Shown: in pieces, positions 36,767-46,728 of the stretch
Numbering within the stretch: position 1 is the first letter of the stretch
How the letters are laid out: each line of letters starts with the position of its first letter
Virus record (IMG/VR): IMGVR_UViG_3300037099_000042
Span: 1 to 60,012 of that record
Origin: a virus
Taxonomy: Duplodnaviria > Caudoviricetes
Strand: one strand, 5' to 3'
Length of the DNA stretch: 60,012 bases
Notes under the pieces: model-generated
The model's database searches: none
The model's input: only the letters and a program-made list of their open reading frames with translations
Told to the model about the DNA's origin: nothing
Translations under genes and position numbers: made by a program

Positions 36767-38772
36767 CAGCTGACACCCCCATACGCAAAGCTGGCTTGGT
36801 TGGCGTACAGGTGCCGCTTCAGCGCCGACGCGACGCTCTTAGCCACCCCGTCGCCGTCAGTCGCCGCCGTGTGAACGACCACAGTCTGGATGTTCACTTC
36901 ATTGCTCGACGTGTGGGTTCCGCCGGCGGCGGGCGGGGTCGCGCCTTGCGCGGCGGGGCGGGCGCCTGTGGCCAGGGACGGGTCGGGGCGCGGCCCGGAA
37001 CTCGAGGTCGCGGGCGCGCGATCCAGCATACTGTTGATGGATTTGATGTAGTCCCGCGTTTCTTTGAACGGGATGCTCTTGCCCCAGGCATCATCAGAAA
37101 TGCCACCCTTGCGCGGGTCGCCGTACGCATTGAGCCACTTATCGACATTTCCGGCTCCGGCATTGTACGCAGCAAGCGCAAGCGTCCTGTCACCGCTGTA
37201 GCGGTTCAAGTCCCATGCAAATTCATTCTCTCCAAGCTTTCTATTGTACGCAGCATCTGTCTTTAGCTTTTCAAGATCATATTCAATGCCAAGTCTCTTT
37301 GCCGCATCTTCAGCCGCCCCAGGCGTGAGTTGCATAATGCCAATGGCGCCCTTTGAACTGGTCAACGCCTCGCCATTCTTGTCGAACTGCCGCCCGCCGG
37401 ACTCTTGCTGAATGATCGCATCAATGACGTTGCTGGCGGGAAGCGTTGACGCGGTTGCTTGCGAAAGCCCAAGGTGCCGAGCAATCCAATCCTGGACTCC
37501 TGAGAATGCCCCACCGGGCCGCGCGGCGTCCGGAGCGTATGGAACGCTAGGTGCAGCCAAGCCGCGCCTAGCGAACCAGTCATTGAGCGTAGACATCCAT
37601 GGAATGTTGCGCTCAATCCAATGCCCGAAGTCGTCACTCGGGTCCAGGGCACCCGCTATTGCATCAGCAATTCCAACTTTAAGCGCAAGCCCCAATCCGC
37701 TTTTCAAGACACCAGCGAACCGTGCGAGCAGCCCCGCCCCTACGGCAGCGCCGATTTCAGCACCAACCTCCGCAGCCGCAGGGGCGCCGAACAGTCGCGT
37801 CAACAGCCCTCGCACCCCGAGCGCACCCATCACGGTAAACGTCGCCACGCCAATAGCTGCAATACCAGCCGCGATCTTTGGGTTCGCCTGTACCCACTCA
37901 TTCACATGGCTTAGTATTGACTCCATGTGCTTCAATACCCAATCGAGCGGCGGGTATAGTGTCTCGGTTATGGCGTTGCCGACGCCACGAATCAGGTTGC
38001 CTATGTGCTCCCACCGTTGTGATATTTCCTTGGCCTTTTCAGCACCACTGTCGGTGATGCCGTTTTCTTTCTGCACCTTCTCCAGAAGAGACGAGAAGTT
38101 TTTGACCTGCCCCATGGCCGCGATCATGTCATCGGTGTACCCCAACTGATGACCGACCGTGTATGCCGATGTCCGCCCCGCTTTCCCGGAGTTGTAAAGT
38201 TCGTAAATATAGGGCTGGACCTTGCCTAGTTTTGCCAGGAGGTCTCCCTTTGGATCAAGATAATCCTGATAAAAGCTGGAGTCAGGAACTGACTTTCCTG
38301 CGTTTTGTAAGGCGCGAGTCAATCCCTGGAACTGCGTCACCGCCGAAGCATCGCCGTTCGATCCAACCCAGAACTCGTTAATCTTTTCCTGCGCGCTTCG
38401 GAGTACCGGGTTGATATCCACCAACTTACCAACGGTAGTGCTAATGGCCGATCCCCACGCAGCAATATCAGACGCGCTTGAATTGATGATGCTGGAGAGT
38501 GCTTGCAGTGCGCTTTCGGAGCCGATGACCCGCTCTACCGTTCCTTTGACGGCATCGAGACTCAAGAATGCCGCGGTCAACTCAGCGACCGACTTCATAA
38601 TGTTCCCGAAGAACTCTGCGGCCTGCTTCCCGCGCCGCTCCATTTCTTTTGCGGTGCTGGTAGCCTGTTCCTCCATCTTCTTGAGAGCTACTACGGCATC
38701 CTTCTGCCCCTGTGTGAATTTAGTTGGGTCAAGACCCAATTCGACCAACAAGGAATCTATCACAGTAGCCAT
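36766..38772 (-). CDS. Tape measure protein with lytic transglycosylase domain
   Basis: MATVIDSLLVELGLD start; QESGG...GAIGIMQL...ALAAYNAG...ETRDY SLT motifs. Confidence 0.9.
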   Translation of the reverse strand: MATVIDSLLVELGLDPTKFTQGQKDAVVALKKMEEQATSTAKEMERRGKQAAEFFGNIMKSVAELTAAFLSLDAVKGTVERVIGSESALQALSSIINSSASDIAAWGSAISTTVGKLVDINPVLRSAQEKINEFWVGSNGDASAVTQFQGLTRALQNAGKSVPDSSFYQDYLDPKGDLLAKLGKVQPYIYELYNSGKAGRTSAYTVGHQLGYTDDMIAAMGQVKNFSSLLEKVQKENGITDSGAEKAKEISQRWEHIGNLIRGVGNAITETLYPPLDWVLKHMESILSHVNEWVQANPKIAAGIAAIGVATFTVMGALGVRGLLTRLFGAPAAAEVGAEIGAAVGAGLLARFAGVLKSGLGLALKVGIADAIAGALDPSDDFGHWIERNIPWMSTLNDWFARRGLAAPSVPYAPDAARPGGAFSGVQDWIARHLGLSQATASTLPASNVIDAIIQQESGGRQFDKNGEALTSSKGAIGIMQLTPGAAEDAAKRLGIEYDLEKLKTDAAYNRKLGENEFAWDLNRYSGDRTLALAAYNAGAGNVDKWLNAYGDPRKGGISDDAWGKSIPFKETRDYIKSINSMLDRAPATSSSGPRPDPSLATGARPAAQGATPPAAGGTHTSSNEVNIQTVVVHTAATDGDGVAKSVASALKRHLYANQASFAYGGVS

Positions 38773-38775
38773 CGA

Positions 38776-39006
38776 TTATCCTTTCGCTTCTGCAAGCTGT
38801 CGGTTGTAATTGTCAACTGACAGTATCTCCAGCAGCAGATACAGGTCTTCAGCCCCAAGTACGGAGTCCAACTCTGCCAGCGTCGCCAGCCGACTTGAGA
38901 CTACCGCGCCGATGGAGTGCGGGACGTTCAGGTATTCAGCCCAAGTCCGGTCTTGCCCGCCGCCTCCGGGGTTGAGGTCGAGTTGGCGGCGGGAAAAGAA
39001 AAACCC
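38776..39006 (-). CDS. Tail assembly chaperone -1 frameshift extension (GT-like)
   Basis: Slippery G GGT TTT at 39000-39006; -1 frame open to TAA at 38776 (...LATLAELDSVLGAEDLYLLLEI...AKG). Confidence 0.8.
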   Translation of the reverse strand, partial: GFFFSRRQLDLNPGGGGQDRTWAEYLNVPHSIGAVVSSRLATLAELDSVLGAEDLYLLLEILSVDNYNRQLAEAKG

Positions 39007-39383
39007 GTATGAAGAGTGAACAACTCGGCCCGCAACTTAATCCTGGTCGCCACCTCTTCAATGTCATCCTCGATCAATCCACGGACGATATTCGGACGCA
39101 TTGGATCAGGGACAAAGGTGATGCACCGGAACATCTCGTCGAGCAACGGCTCCGCATCATCAAACCGAAGCCCGGCAAACGCCTTGATGCCGAGATAGGC
39201 GATACCTGCCAGCCCCGCCGAGGCGATGTTGTCGGGGATCTCGACGCCGGAACGCGCGAGCGCCAGGAGCGCCCGAGCGGCCCATTTCTCGGCCTGCGAC
39301 GCAGGCATTTCACGGAGGGTAAATACTTTGCCCTGGTCGCGACCCGGAGCGTCAATCGTGACGGTAAGCGTCTTGCGTGCCAT
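38928..39383 (-). CDS. Tail assembly chaperone (G-like)
   Basis: Between tube and tape measure genes; GRDQGKVF.L.EMPA. Confidence 0.8.
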   Translation of the reverse strand: MARKTLTVTIDAPGRDQGKVFTLREMPASQAEKWAARALLALARSGVEIPDNIASAGLAGIAYLGIKAFAGLRFDDAEPLLDEMFRCITFVPDPMRPNIVRGLIEDDIEEVATRIKLRAELFTLHTGFSFPAANSTSTPEAAGKTGLGLNT

Positions 39384-39386
39384 GGA

Positions 39387-39830
39387 TTAGTCCCCCGTCG
39401 AGATCGGAACCGCCGCGACAGCGCCCCATTCCAGCATGTATTTGCGAGGATTGAGGGTCTTCTTGACATCGGCAATCGGGGTGTGGGACTTCAGGATGCC
39501 GTTAATCAAGGTGTAAGCCTTGCCGACCGACGGCAGTGTGATCACAGCCTTGGCCCAGTAGACATCTTTGGCCGCAATCTGTGCCTGATACCACGTCTCG
39601 AACAGCGTGTTGCTGGCCGAGTCCGCTTGCAGGTTGATGGTCTGCTTGATGATCTGGGGGATCCAGCCAGCACTGAACACGCCATCGACACCCATCTTGG
39701 TCTCGGCGATCTCGATAGCCTCGGTCGAGAACGCATCGTCGGAGGCGTAGCCTTGGAGTGCCTGCGGGACCGTATACAGCCCCGCGATCGACAAGACGAA
39801 GGTGCTGTTGGCGGAAGTGATAGATGCCAT
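39387..39830 (-). CDS. Tail tube protein
   Basis: ITSANS...LQGYASDD...MGVDG...LQADSAS; follows the sheath gene. Confidence 0.85.
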   Translation of the reverse strand: MASITSANSTFVLSIAGLYTVPQALQGYASDDAFSTEAIEIAETKMGVDGVFSAGWIPQIIKQTINLQADSASNTLFETWYQAQIAAKDVYWAKAVITLPSVGKAYTLINGILKSHTPIADVKKTLNPRKYMLEWGAVAAVPISTGD

Positions 39831-39831
39831 G

Positions 39832-41985
39832 TTACATTACCTCAGTGCTGGAGAGGGAGATCTGCTGCACCGACTGCCCGTCCATATACCACACGGTAAT
39901 CGGAGGGGACTGGCGCAGCGCCCGCACCGCGGCGGTCGCCGGCAGGACTTGGATATAGTAGCCCTGAGAGTACAGGATTTGGTCAATAGGCAACCCAGCC
40001 GCAGCGTTGACTTCCGCGGCCTGAAGTGCTGACAGGGGGACGCCGGCACGCATCGCGCCGTAGTTCAGCGCGGCGTTGATCGGATCGGTCAGGGCCGAGC
40101 GGATCAGGCCGTAGCCCAATGAGTTATAGGGCACGCTGTTGACGGTGGTCAGGAGCGCCATCAGCGAGTTTTGCAGGGCGTTGTTCAGCCAAATCTGATT
40201 GACGTAGCTATCGGCCCATTTGAACTTGCCGGTGATGCTGCCGGGATAGAGGAACTGCCAAGAATTGTTGGCGTTGGCATAATTCCCGTAGAAATTATAT
40301 CCGTTGGCAATCAGGTTCGCCGCAGTCACCGGGTCGTTGACGCTGGTCCCAAGACCGGACTGACCTTTGAACGCCAAAGTCGGGCGGCCATTGGTCTGTG
40401 TGAAGTTGATGGCCGCGACCATGCCGCAGACGAACGGCGCCAAATAAAGGTCAGTCGGTTCATAGATCAGGATAGTTCCCGAAGTGCTATTTTGGGTCAA
40501 GATATAGCCAAGGCTCGACGTAGCTGCCGTGCTGGCTGTTGGGGTGATATCCGCGTCCCAACACACATATGCAAACTCATTGTTTTGAGTGGCGTTCCAT
40601 GCCGCGAACAACTGCTTCTGCGCATTGCCGGTACTGCCCAGAGCGTCGGGATCGAATGCGGTCATGAATGTTGCGAAGTTGGTGGTCTGTGCGATGACGC
40701 TCGACATGAACGCCGACGGCGTGGCGGCGGCGGCCCCCTGGCTGAGCACGGCGCCGGTTGCGCTGGTCAGGTACAGGGAGACTGCAAGAACGCCGCTAGC
40801 GTAGGCGATGGTAGACGCGGTGCCGGCGATCCCCGACGTGACAACGAACGACTGAGCAGTGCTGTCGTAGGTCACAGCCGGGGCGGTGGCTGACGCCACG
40901 AGAGCCTCCGACGCGACGTAGTAGGCGCCTGCCGCCGCTACGGTATAGACGCCAACACCGCCAGCCGTACCCGATACCTGAGCGGTGATGACGGCACCGG
41001 CCGGGATGCTGGTGCCCGTGATGGTTTGGCCGACCGCCAGGACGCCGCTCGACACCGCCGAAACGATCAGATTGGTTCCGGTTGCGTTGACGGTCTCGCT
41101 GGCGACGGTCTGGCTGACGGACACAGCGTAGGTGCCCGTGCCGCCCGTGCCCGTGCCAAGCGCGGTAATCGTGGTGCCGGCGGTGACACCCGAACCGGTA
41201 AGGGTTTGGCCGACCGCCAAAGCTCCGCTCGTCACTGCGGACACCGTAAACCCGCCGCCAGTCGCGGTGATCGTCTCGGACACGATGGTCTGGCTGATGC
41301 TGACCAGATAGGTGCCCGTGCCGCCCGCAGTGCCGGTAAGCTGGCTGACTATGGTGGTGCCGGCCGCGACGCTGGTGCCTGTGATGGTTTGGCCCGGAGC
41401 CAGGACGGTGCCCGCCACGACGGCCGAGACGGTCATCACGGTATTGGCGATTGCCGCGGTGCAGGAGTTGGCCGCGATGGCGCCAGTAACGATACCGCCG
41501 AGGGTGCCTGTGACGTTGGCCTGCACCGGCTCGCTGGCGGTGATCGCGGCGTTGAGAAGGGTGGCGGCGGTCGAGAACGATGACGCCGACGCAAGGCTGA
41601 CAGACCCGGTGTGTGTGTAGCCGTCAACCACGACCGAGAACGTGCCGTTGATCGCCTGGATTTGCGACAGGCTCAAGCCCGATACGGTGCCGCCCCGGAG
41701 CCACGCGGCCTGTGCGGCCTGGGGATAGGTAGCGAGCAGGATCGACCCCGGCGACAGGGTGGCGCCGTTGTAGCCAGCGAAGTAGACCGACGCGATGGCT
41801 GCTTCTTTGCTGTTGGCGCCGAAATAACCGGCGACCGAAAGCGCAGTAGGGAACGACAGGATTGACCCAATCGGGACGCGGCCAGAATTGGACAAGACAA
41901 GGCCATTCATGACCAGTCCATTACCGCTCGCCGAGATGACGTTCGGGACTACGTTAACGATCTGTGAGGCGGGGATGGTGGACAT
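39832..41985 (-). CDS. Tail sheath protein (DUF3383-like) with inserted repeat domains
   Basis: IPASQIVNVVP start; AFKGQSGL, NGYNFYG, WADSYVNQIWL, WYMDGQSVQ. Confidence 0.88.
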   Translation of the reverse strand: MSTIPASQIVNVVPNVISASGNGLVMNGLVLSNSGRVPIGSILSFPTALSVAGYFGANSKEAAIASVYFAGYNGATLSPGSILLATYPQAAQAAWLRGGTVSGLSLSQIQAINGTFSVVVDGYTHTGSVSLASASSFSTAATLLNAAITASEPVQANVTGTLGGIVTGAIAANSCTAAIANTVMTVSAVVAGTVLAPGQTITGTSVAAGTTIVSQLTGTAGGTGTYLVSISQTIVSETITATGGGFTVSAVTSGALAVGQTLTGSGVTAGTTITALGTGTGGTGTYAVSVSQTVASETVNATGTNLIVSAVSSGVLAVGQTITGTSIPAGAVITAQVSGTAGGVGVYTVAAAGAYYVASEALVASATAPAVTYDSTAQSFVVTSGIAGTASTIAYASGVLAVSLYLTSATGAVLSQGAAAATPSAFMSSVIAQTTNFATFMTAFDPDALGSTGNAQKQLFAAWNATQNNEFAYVCWDADITPTASTAATSSLGYILTQNSTSGTILIYEPTDLYLAPFVCGMVAAINFTQTNGRPTLAFKGQSGLGTSVNDPVTAANLIANGYNFYGNYANANNSWQFLYPGSITGKFKWADSYVNQIWLNNALQNSLMALLTTVNSVPYNSLGYGLIRSALTDPINAALNYGAMRAGVPLSALQAAEVNAAAGLPIDQILYSQGYYIQVLPATAAVRALRQSPPITVWYMDGQSVQQISLSSTEVM

Positions 41986-42020
41986 GGATTTTGGCTCCAA
42001 GCGGTGCAGAGTCGTCTAGA

Positions 42021-42563
42021 CTAGGGTTGATATTCAGCGTCCACACTGATGACACCAGCAACCAGAGAAGCCGCGAAATCCTGCGTGGTTGTAACGACAG
42101 GATTGGTCTGCATCACAGCATCTATGACCCAGCGGATCTCAACCTGTTGCTCTCCGTTCAGATACGGCAGCTGCTTCGGTTCGTCCGTGTACAGAGGAAC
42201 TACGTCATACCCGGAAGCGGCAAACTGGATAGTCGCCCATTCCGAGCGCCAAAGTGTGGTGATGATTTGAGTGTTATCCGCTGCTTGTGGTCCGTGTACA
42301 TCGATCTGAACAGTTAGCTTTATTGGCTGAAGGTCTGTTCGCAGTCCAGCAGACACCGGATAGTTGTCCTGGAACGTCGTAGTGTTAGTCTCCAGCCGTG
42401 CACGCAAGACGGGAGTCATGACTACGAAGTTGACGCCGGACGGTTCCGGTACGCGATTATCAAGTCCGCGCACAACTTCGGTTCCGGTCGGCAAGACCAG
42501 CATCAGGAACGAGCGCAGCGCTGTCAGGACTTGAGTTTCAGTGAGGCTGAGGGAGGCGCTCAT
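42021..42563 (-). CDS. Tail terminator/neck protein
   Basis: NRVPEP, VQIDVHGP, PLY.DEPKQ, E.RW; position. Confidence 0.7.
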   Translation of the reverse strand: MSASLSLTETQVLTALRSFLMLVLPTGTEVVRGLDNRVPEPSGVNFVVMTPVLRARLETNTTTFQDNYPVSAGLRTDLQPIKLTVQIDVHGPQAADNTQIITTLWRSEWATIQFAASGYDVVPLYTDEPKQLPYLNGEQQVEIRWVIDAVMQTNPVVTTTQDFAASLVAGVISVDAEYQP

Positions 42564-42937
42564 GATTGCCTTGTCACCGCCACCTTGACCCAACCATCAA
42601 CCGACGCCCAGTTCTCAAGCACCATTGCCACCAGCCAAACGCTTCCATCCGGCAGCGTAATGAGATCGCCCCCAGTTTGATCGGCGCGGACTACGCCGTC
42701 CCAATTGCCATTGATGTACATCGCCCGGCGCTCGCCCTGGATATCGAGGCCGTCCGTCATGATCAAATCATTGTACTGGAGCGATTGAACCTGGACTTGA
42801 ACCCGTGCCGGCTTGGCATAGGATGGGGTCCGCGAGCCATCGTCCGCAGTCGTGTAGCCGGTTGATCGCCGGATGGTCGCCGTGACGCACGGGTTGATCG
42901 CGGCGACGGCTGATAGGGCGATGGCGTGCAGGTTCAT
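42560..42937 (-). CDS. Head-tail adaptor/closure protein
   Basis: MNLH.I..., GGDLI...WLV..VLE.W. Confidence 0.7.
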   Translation of the reverse strand: MNLHAIALSAVAAINPCVTATIRRSTGYTTADDGSRTPSYAKPARVQVQVQSLQYNDLIMTDGLDIQGERRAMYINGNWDGVVRADQTGGDLITLPDGSVWLVAMVLENWASVDGWVKVAVTRQS

Positions 42938-43482
42938 GACTTCACCGTGTACTTGACGCTCTGCCAGAGGTGGCCGGTGTCGATAAGGGGCTTCTCGGAT
43001 TGACCACTGTAGTCGTCGCCGGCCTTCACCCGCGCGGCGGCCTCACCAACTACCTTGCCGGTAACGACAAGACTTTGGTCTTTGCTGCGCATCTTCTTGA
43101 GCATCAGCGTGATCGGCGAGAGTGGCGGGCTGTCAACGGCCTGGATGGACTCCTGAAGCTGCCCGGAGATTTCCTCGCCCATGCGGCCGAGCGTGGCGTC
43201 GGTGTCGTAGTTCGTGGCGACAAGCTGTTTTTCGATGGTGTCGCCCCAGCCGCCGCTTTCCTTGGCGATCATCGGCCGAAAGAACGGGCGCGGAGGAATA
43301 GATGCTCCGGGAGCGCCGAACTCTTGAATTGCGGCCACCATAGCGGTGTTGGTGCCATCGGGATAAACATCGGTATCCGCCATCCACCCGACCTCAAGCG
43401 TCCCCTTCTTGTTCAGCTTCGCGGCCATCTCGTTGAGCTGCGCGGTCAGCTTGTCGCCGCCCGTGAATGCCTTAGCTACCAT
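42934..43482 (-). CDS. Neck/tail completion protein
   Basis: AAIQEFG...IPPRPFFR...KPLIDTGHL. Confidence 0.8.
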   Translation of the reverse strand: MVAKAFTGGDKLTAQLNEMAAKLNKKGTLEVGWMADTDVYPDGTNTAMVAAIQEFGAPGASIPPRPFFRPMIAKESGGWGDTIEKQLVATNYDTDATLGRMGEEISGQLQESIQAVDSPPLSPITLMLKKMRSKDQSLVVTGKVVGEAAARVKAGDDYSGQSEKPLIDTGHLWQSVKYTVKS

Positions 43483-43913
43483 CTGCGGCCAAGCCCGTTG
43501 TATTGGGCGCGCGGGCCGTGGACATAGCGAGCGGTGCGGAACTGGGGCGTTGCCGCCCAGAACGCCGCGCCGTATTTGGTCTGCTGCCACCACTGAACGG
43601 TGCCGGCCGGATAGTCGTTCTGGGTCGCCACCGTGACGCTGCCCTCGGTCGCGTTGCTGATCCGGCCGACCAGGGTCGAAGCCGGCTGGCCGTTCAGCGG
43701 TGCGTTGATGGCGGCAATGTGGGCAGTCACCATGCCGAGCAACATCGCCCGCTGACCGCCCGCACTGTCGTCTGTGATGACGCTGCATGCCGTGTTGTCG
43801 CAGTAAAGCCCAGCCTCTGCCCAATACGCTGCGGCCGTCGCCGGCTGCACGGATGCCGCCAACTCGGGGTAACGTGCGGACCACAGGCTGTAGTCGAATG
43901 CGACAATCGCCAT
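43476..43913 (-). CDS. Head completion protein (DUF4054-like)
   Basis: RYPEL, VGRISNATEGSV, WWQQTKYGAAFW. Confidence 0.8.
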   Translation of the reverse strand: MAIVAFDYSLWSARYPELAASVQPATAAAYWAEAGLYCDNTACSVITDDSAGGQRAMLLGMVTAHIAAINAPLNGQPASTLVGRISNATEGSVTVATQNDYPAGTVQWWQQTKYGAAFWAATPQFRTARYVHGPRAQYNGLGRRW

Positions 43914-43916
43914 GAT

Positions 43917-44360
43917 TTAGGCCGCCTTCGCCGGTTGGATGCGCGCGGGGAGGTTCTCGGGGTCAATCGCCTCGAACCCGCTGCGGACCCTGAGCTTTTC
44001 CTTGGCTTCGGCGGTCGCGTGCAGGCTGCGGTCGTTGGCGAAAATGAGGTTGTTCTTGATGAAATCGCTGTCTTTGTTCTGCGCGTACCAGTGATCCCAG
44101 AAGTCCTTCGGAACGTCGTGGGTGATGCCGTAGCCTCCGACGATTTCGTGATCCGGGACTTTTTCCAGGTGGCGCGCGAATCCATTGAGCGTCACGCGCT
44201 CCGGGCGCTCTGCGGCCTTGGTGATGGTCCGCCAGCCGCCGCCAAACATCGGCTCGCTGCTTTCAACCATGTCGAAGACGCGCAGAATGAGGCCGTGCGG
44301 GAGCTTGCAAGCAACCGTGACGGTGTTGGTCGAGGTAATGGTGCTGGGCTGGGTGGCCAT
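43917..44360 (-). CDS. Conserved head-region hypothetical protein
   Basis: VTVACKLPHGL...GGYGIT..V.KDFW..W. Confidence 0.75.
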   Translation of the reverse strand: MATQPSTITSTNTVTVACKLPHGLILRVFDMVESSEPMFGGGWRTITKAAERPERVTLNGFARHLEKVPDHEIVGGYGITHDVPKDFWDHWYAQNKDSDFIKNNLIFANDRSLHATAEAKEKLRVRSGFEAIDPENLPARIQPAKAA

Positions 44361-44429
44361 ATGGGCAGTCTCCTGTGGATGGGGTTATCTGAAGCCCGCC
44401 CGGCGATTAACCGGGCGGATTCCAGGCAC

Positions 44430-44451
44430 AAAAAAACCCGCCAGCGGCGGG
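44430..44451 (-). terminator. Rho-independent terminator after the major capsid gene
   Basis: CCCGCC-GCT-GGCGGG followed by T7. Confidence 0.8.
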
Positions 44452-44476
44452 GTGGATTTCCGAGATGTTGGAGCGT

Positions 44477-45547
44477 TTACACGCCGATCATCTGGGCGAT
44501 GGCGAACGGCTGACGGATGATCGCGCCCCACGAACCCTGCGTCATCTTCTGTTTGAAGGACGACATATCGCGGATGATGGCCCCGGCGCGCAGCTTCTCG
44601 TTGAAAGCGGCATAGGCCGACTTCTGGCCCTCCACGTCCTTGGCGATCAACTGCACGACTTCTCCGGCGGCCGAACCCTGCGGGTTCTGAGCCGAGGACG
44701 CCCCGTACTGGATGGCGGTCTTGACCTCCAGGCTGGGGAAGTTCTTGCGGATCAGGTCTTCGACGTTGACGTTGTACTGGTTGGTCGCGGTCAGAGCGGC
44801 GCGGCTCTTGGGCGACAGGGCCAGCACGAGCGGGGTCTTCTCGTCGATGTTGCCGGACGACTGACTGACCAACTGCACGAACAGGCTCTGGATGTCAGCG
44901 AAGATTTCGTTCGCGGTGGCGTTCAGCGCCGTGCCGTTCCACCACTTCAGGCCACCGGCAGCCTTGGTCGCCGGGGCAATCGGGGTGGGCAGGCTCGGGT
45001 CGTTCAGCAGGCCGTAATTCTGCAAGCCGCTGACGCCGTAGAAGTAGGTCAGGTTCTGGAACTTGTTCAGAATGTTGACCGATGAGGTCTTCAGCTCCGA
45101 AGCCCAGTTGATGCGGGCGCGGCCGGCCTGCTCCAGTTCGCGCTCGCCGTATTCCACCACGACTTGGTAGAGATACGCCTGACGCTGCGGGAAGTTGCTG
45201 TTTGCCTTGGCCCGGCCGTTGGCGCTGAAGTCGCCATAGCTGGAGACCTCGCCAGTGTGCTCAACCATCGGGAAAATGGCGGTGGTGTCCACCCAATCGC
45301 CCTTGCGCACTTCGTCGATGATCTCGACGGCCGCATTCTTGGCCGTCAGGACGCGCAGAAGGTCGGGGTCAACGAAGGTGGTCAGGAACGCGGGAATACC
45401 GCTGTTCGGGGTGGAAATCAACGTCGGCTGGGCGTCCATCGCCAACTCGAAGTCGTACTTCCACTCGGGCTTGAGGTAGTCGACAGCGCCAGTGAAGCTG
45501 ATGCCCCACTCACGCTCAAAGCGCCTAAAATCAGGGTGGCGGTTCAT
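44477..45547 (-). CDS. Major capsid protein (DUF2184-like)
   Basis: AMDAQP, KGDW, N..YFYGV.GL.NYGLLNDP, WGAIIRQP; start at MNRHP. Confidence 0.88.
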   Translation of the reverse strand: MNRHPDFRRFEREWGISFTGAVDYLKPEWKYDFELAMDAQPTLISTPNSGIPAFLTTFVDPDLLRVLTAKNAAVEIIDEVRKGDWVDTTAIFPMVEHTGEVSSYGDFSANGRAKANSNFPQRQAYLYQVVVEYGERELEQAGRARINWASELKTSSVNILNKFQNLTYFYGVSGLQNYGLLNDPSLPTPIAPATKAAGGLKWWNGTALNATANEIFADIQSLFVQLVSQSSGNIDEKTPLVLALSPKSRAALTATNQYNVNVEDLIRKNFPSLEVKTAIQYGASSAQNPQGSAAGEVVQLIAKDVEGQKSAYAAFNEKLRAGAIIRDMSSFKQKMTQGSWGAIIRQPFAIAQMIGV

Positions 45548-45561
45548 AGCGGGGGGTGTCC

Positions 45562-46719
45562 TTAGTTGGAGATCTTGACCAGTTCGCCAACGGCACCAGC
45601 CGACGACGCGCGGAAAGGGGTTTCGGTGGTGCTGTTGACGCTGATGGTCTGAGCCGTCAAAGCGGTTTGGTAGCCGTTGGTCAGGTAGGTGCCCGAACCG
45701 CCCACGCCGGTCAGGTTGGCGTTGGTCGCGCCAGTGGCAGAGATGGACTGAGCAACCACGCTGGAGCCGGTCAACAGATCGTTGATCGCCCAAACGCCCG
45801 ACGAACTGGCATCAACCGTCAGGTACATCGCGTTGGTGGCGGTGATGGTCGAGGCGGTGGCGGCGGTCGAGGCCGGGCGGTCGGTGTAGTAGGTGCCCGC
45901 GCCGCCGGCAGTGGCGGTGCCATAGCCTAGGATGGTGGTGCCGGTCGGGATGTTGGTGCCGCTGATGACCATACCCGGAGCGAAGACGCCCGAGGTGTTG
46001 GCGCCGGTCAGGGTCAGGCCGCCGCCGCCGATGGTCAACGCCGTCGAGGCCACAGTCTGCGACACGTTCACCGTATATGTGCCCGTGCTGCCGGCGGTGC
46101 CGGTGAGCTGGTTGACAATCACGGTGGCGGTATCAACGCCCGTGCCGGCAACGGAGAGCCCAGCGCCAAGAACGGAGCCGGTGCCAACCGCAGTAACGGT
46201 CAGGACGGTGCCGGCGATGGAGCCGGTAGCGGTGTTGGTGGTCGGAAGCGCGCCGCCGGTCGCGGCGGAAACGACCTTGGCGAGAGTGGCCGATGTAGCA
46301 GTCGCGCCAACGGTCGGGTTGCCGGTAGCCGCGAAGCTCACCTGACCCGTGACGTTGTTGGCATAGGCTTTCTGCCCGATGGTGGCGGCAGTGGTGCCGT
46401 CGTTCTTGACCCAGAAGTCACCCGCGAAATACAGGGTAACGGGCAGGCCGGTCGGAACAACCATCGTGCTCTCGCCGAGATAGGCGGTGATGATCGCCTG
46501 CTGATCGCGGGCCAGGATGCCGGTCGGGGCAAGCGTGCCGGTGTTGCTGACGGTGATGTTGTTGGCATCGGCCCACGCGAAGCGGCCGACAGTGACGCCG
46601 TTCGGGCCAGCAACGAGGGCGCCGGGGCCGGCGTCAACGGACGAACGGGGATTGGTGGACGCGAAGTCACCGACAACCGCCGGAGCCTGCACCACGTTTA
46701 CAGCGGAGGGGAAAGGCAT
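45562..46719 (-). CDS. Head decoration protein with inserted repeat domains
   Basis: GDFASTNP, GVTVGRFAW, GDFWV, GELVKIS; between protease and capsid genes. Confidence 0.75.
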   Translation of the reverse strand: MPFPSAVNVVQAPAVVGDFASTNPRSSVDAGPGALVAGPNGVTVGRFAWADANNITVSNTGTLAPTGILARDQQAIITAYLGESTMVVPTGLPVTLYFAGDFWVKNDGTTAATIGQKAYANNVTGQVSFAATGNPTVGATATSATLAKVVSAATGGALPTTNTATGSIAGTVLTVTAVGTGSVLGAGLSVAGTGVDTATVIVNQLTGTAGSTGTYTVNVSQTVASTALTIGGGGLTLTGANTSGVFAPGMVISGTNIPTGTTILGYGTATAGGAGTYYTDRPASTAATASTITATNAMYLTVDASSSGVWAINDLLTGSSVVAQSISATGATNANLTGVGGSGTYLTNGYQTALTAQTISVNSTTETPFRASSAGAVGELVKISN

Positions 46720-46728
46720 CGTAAATCC

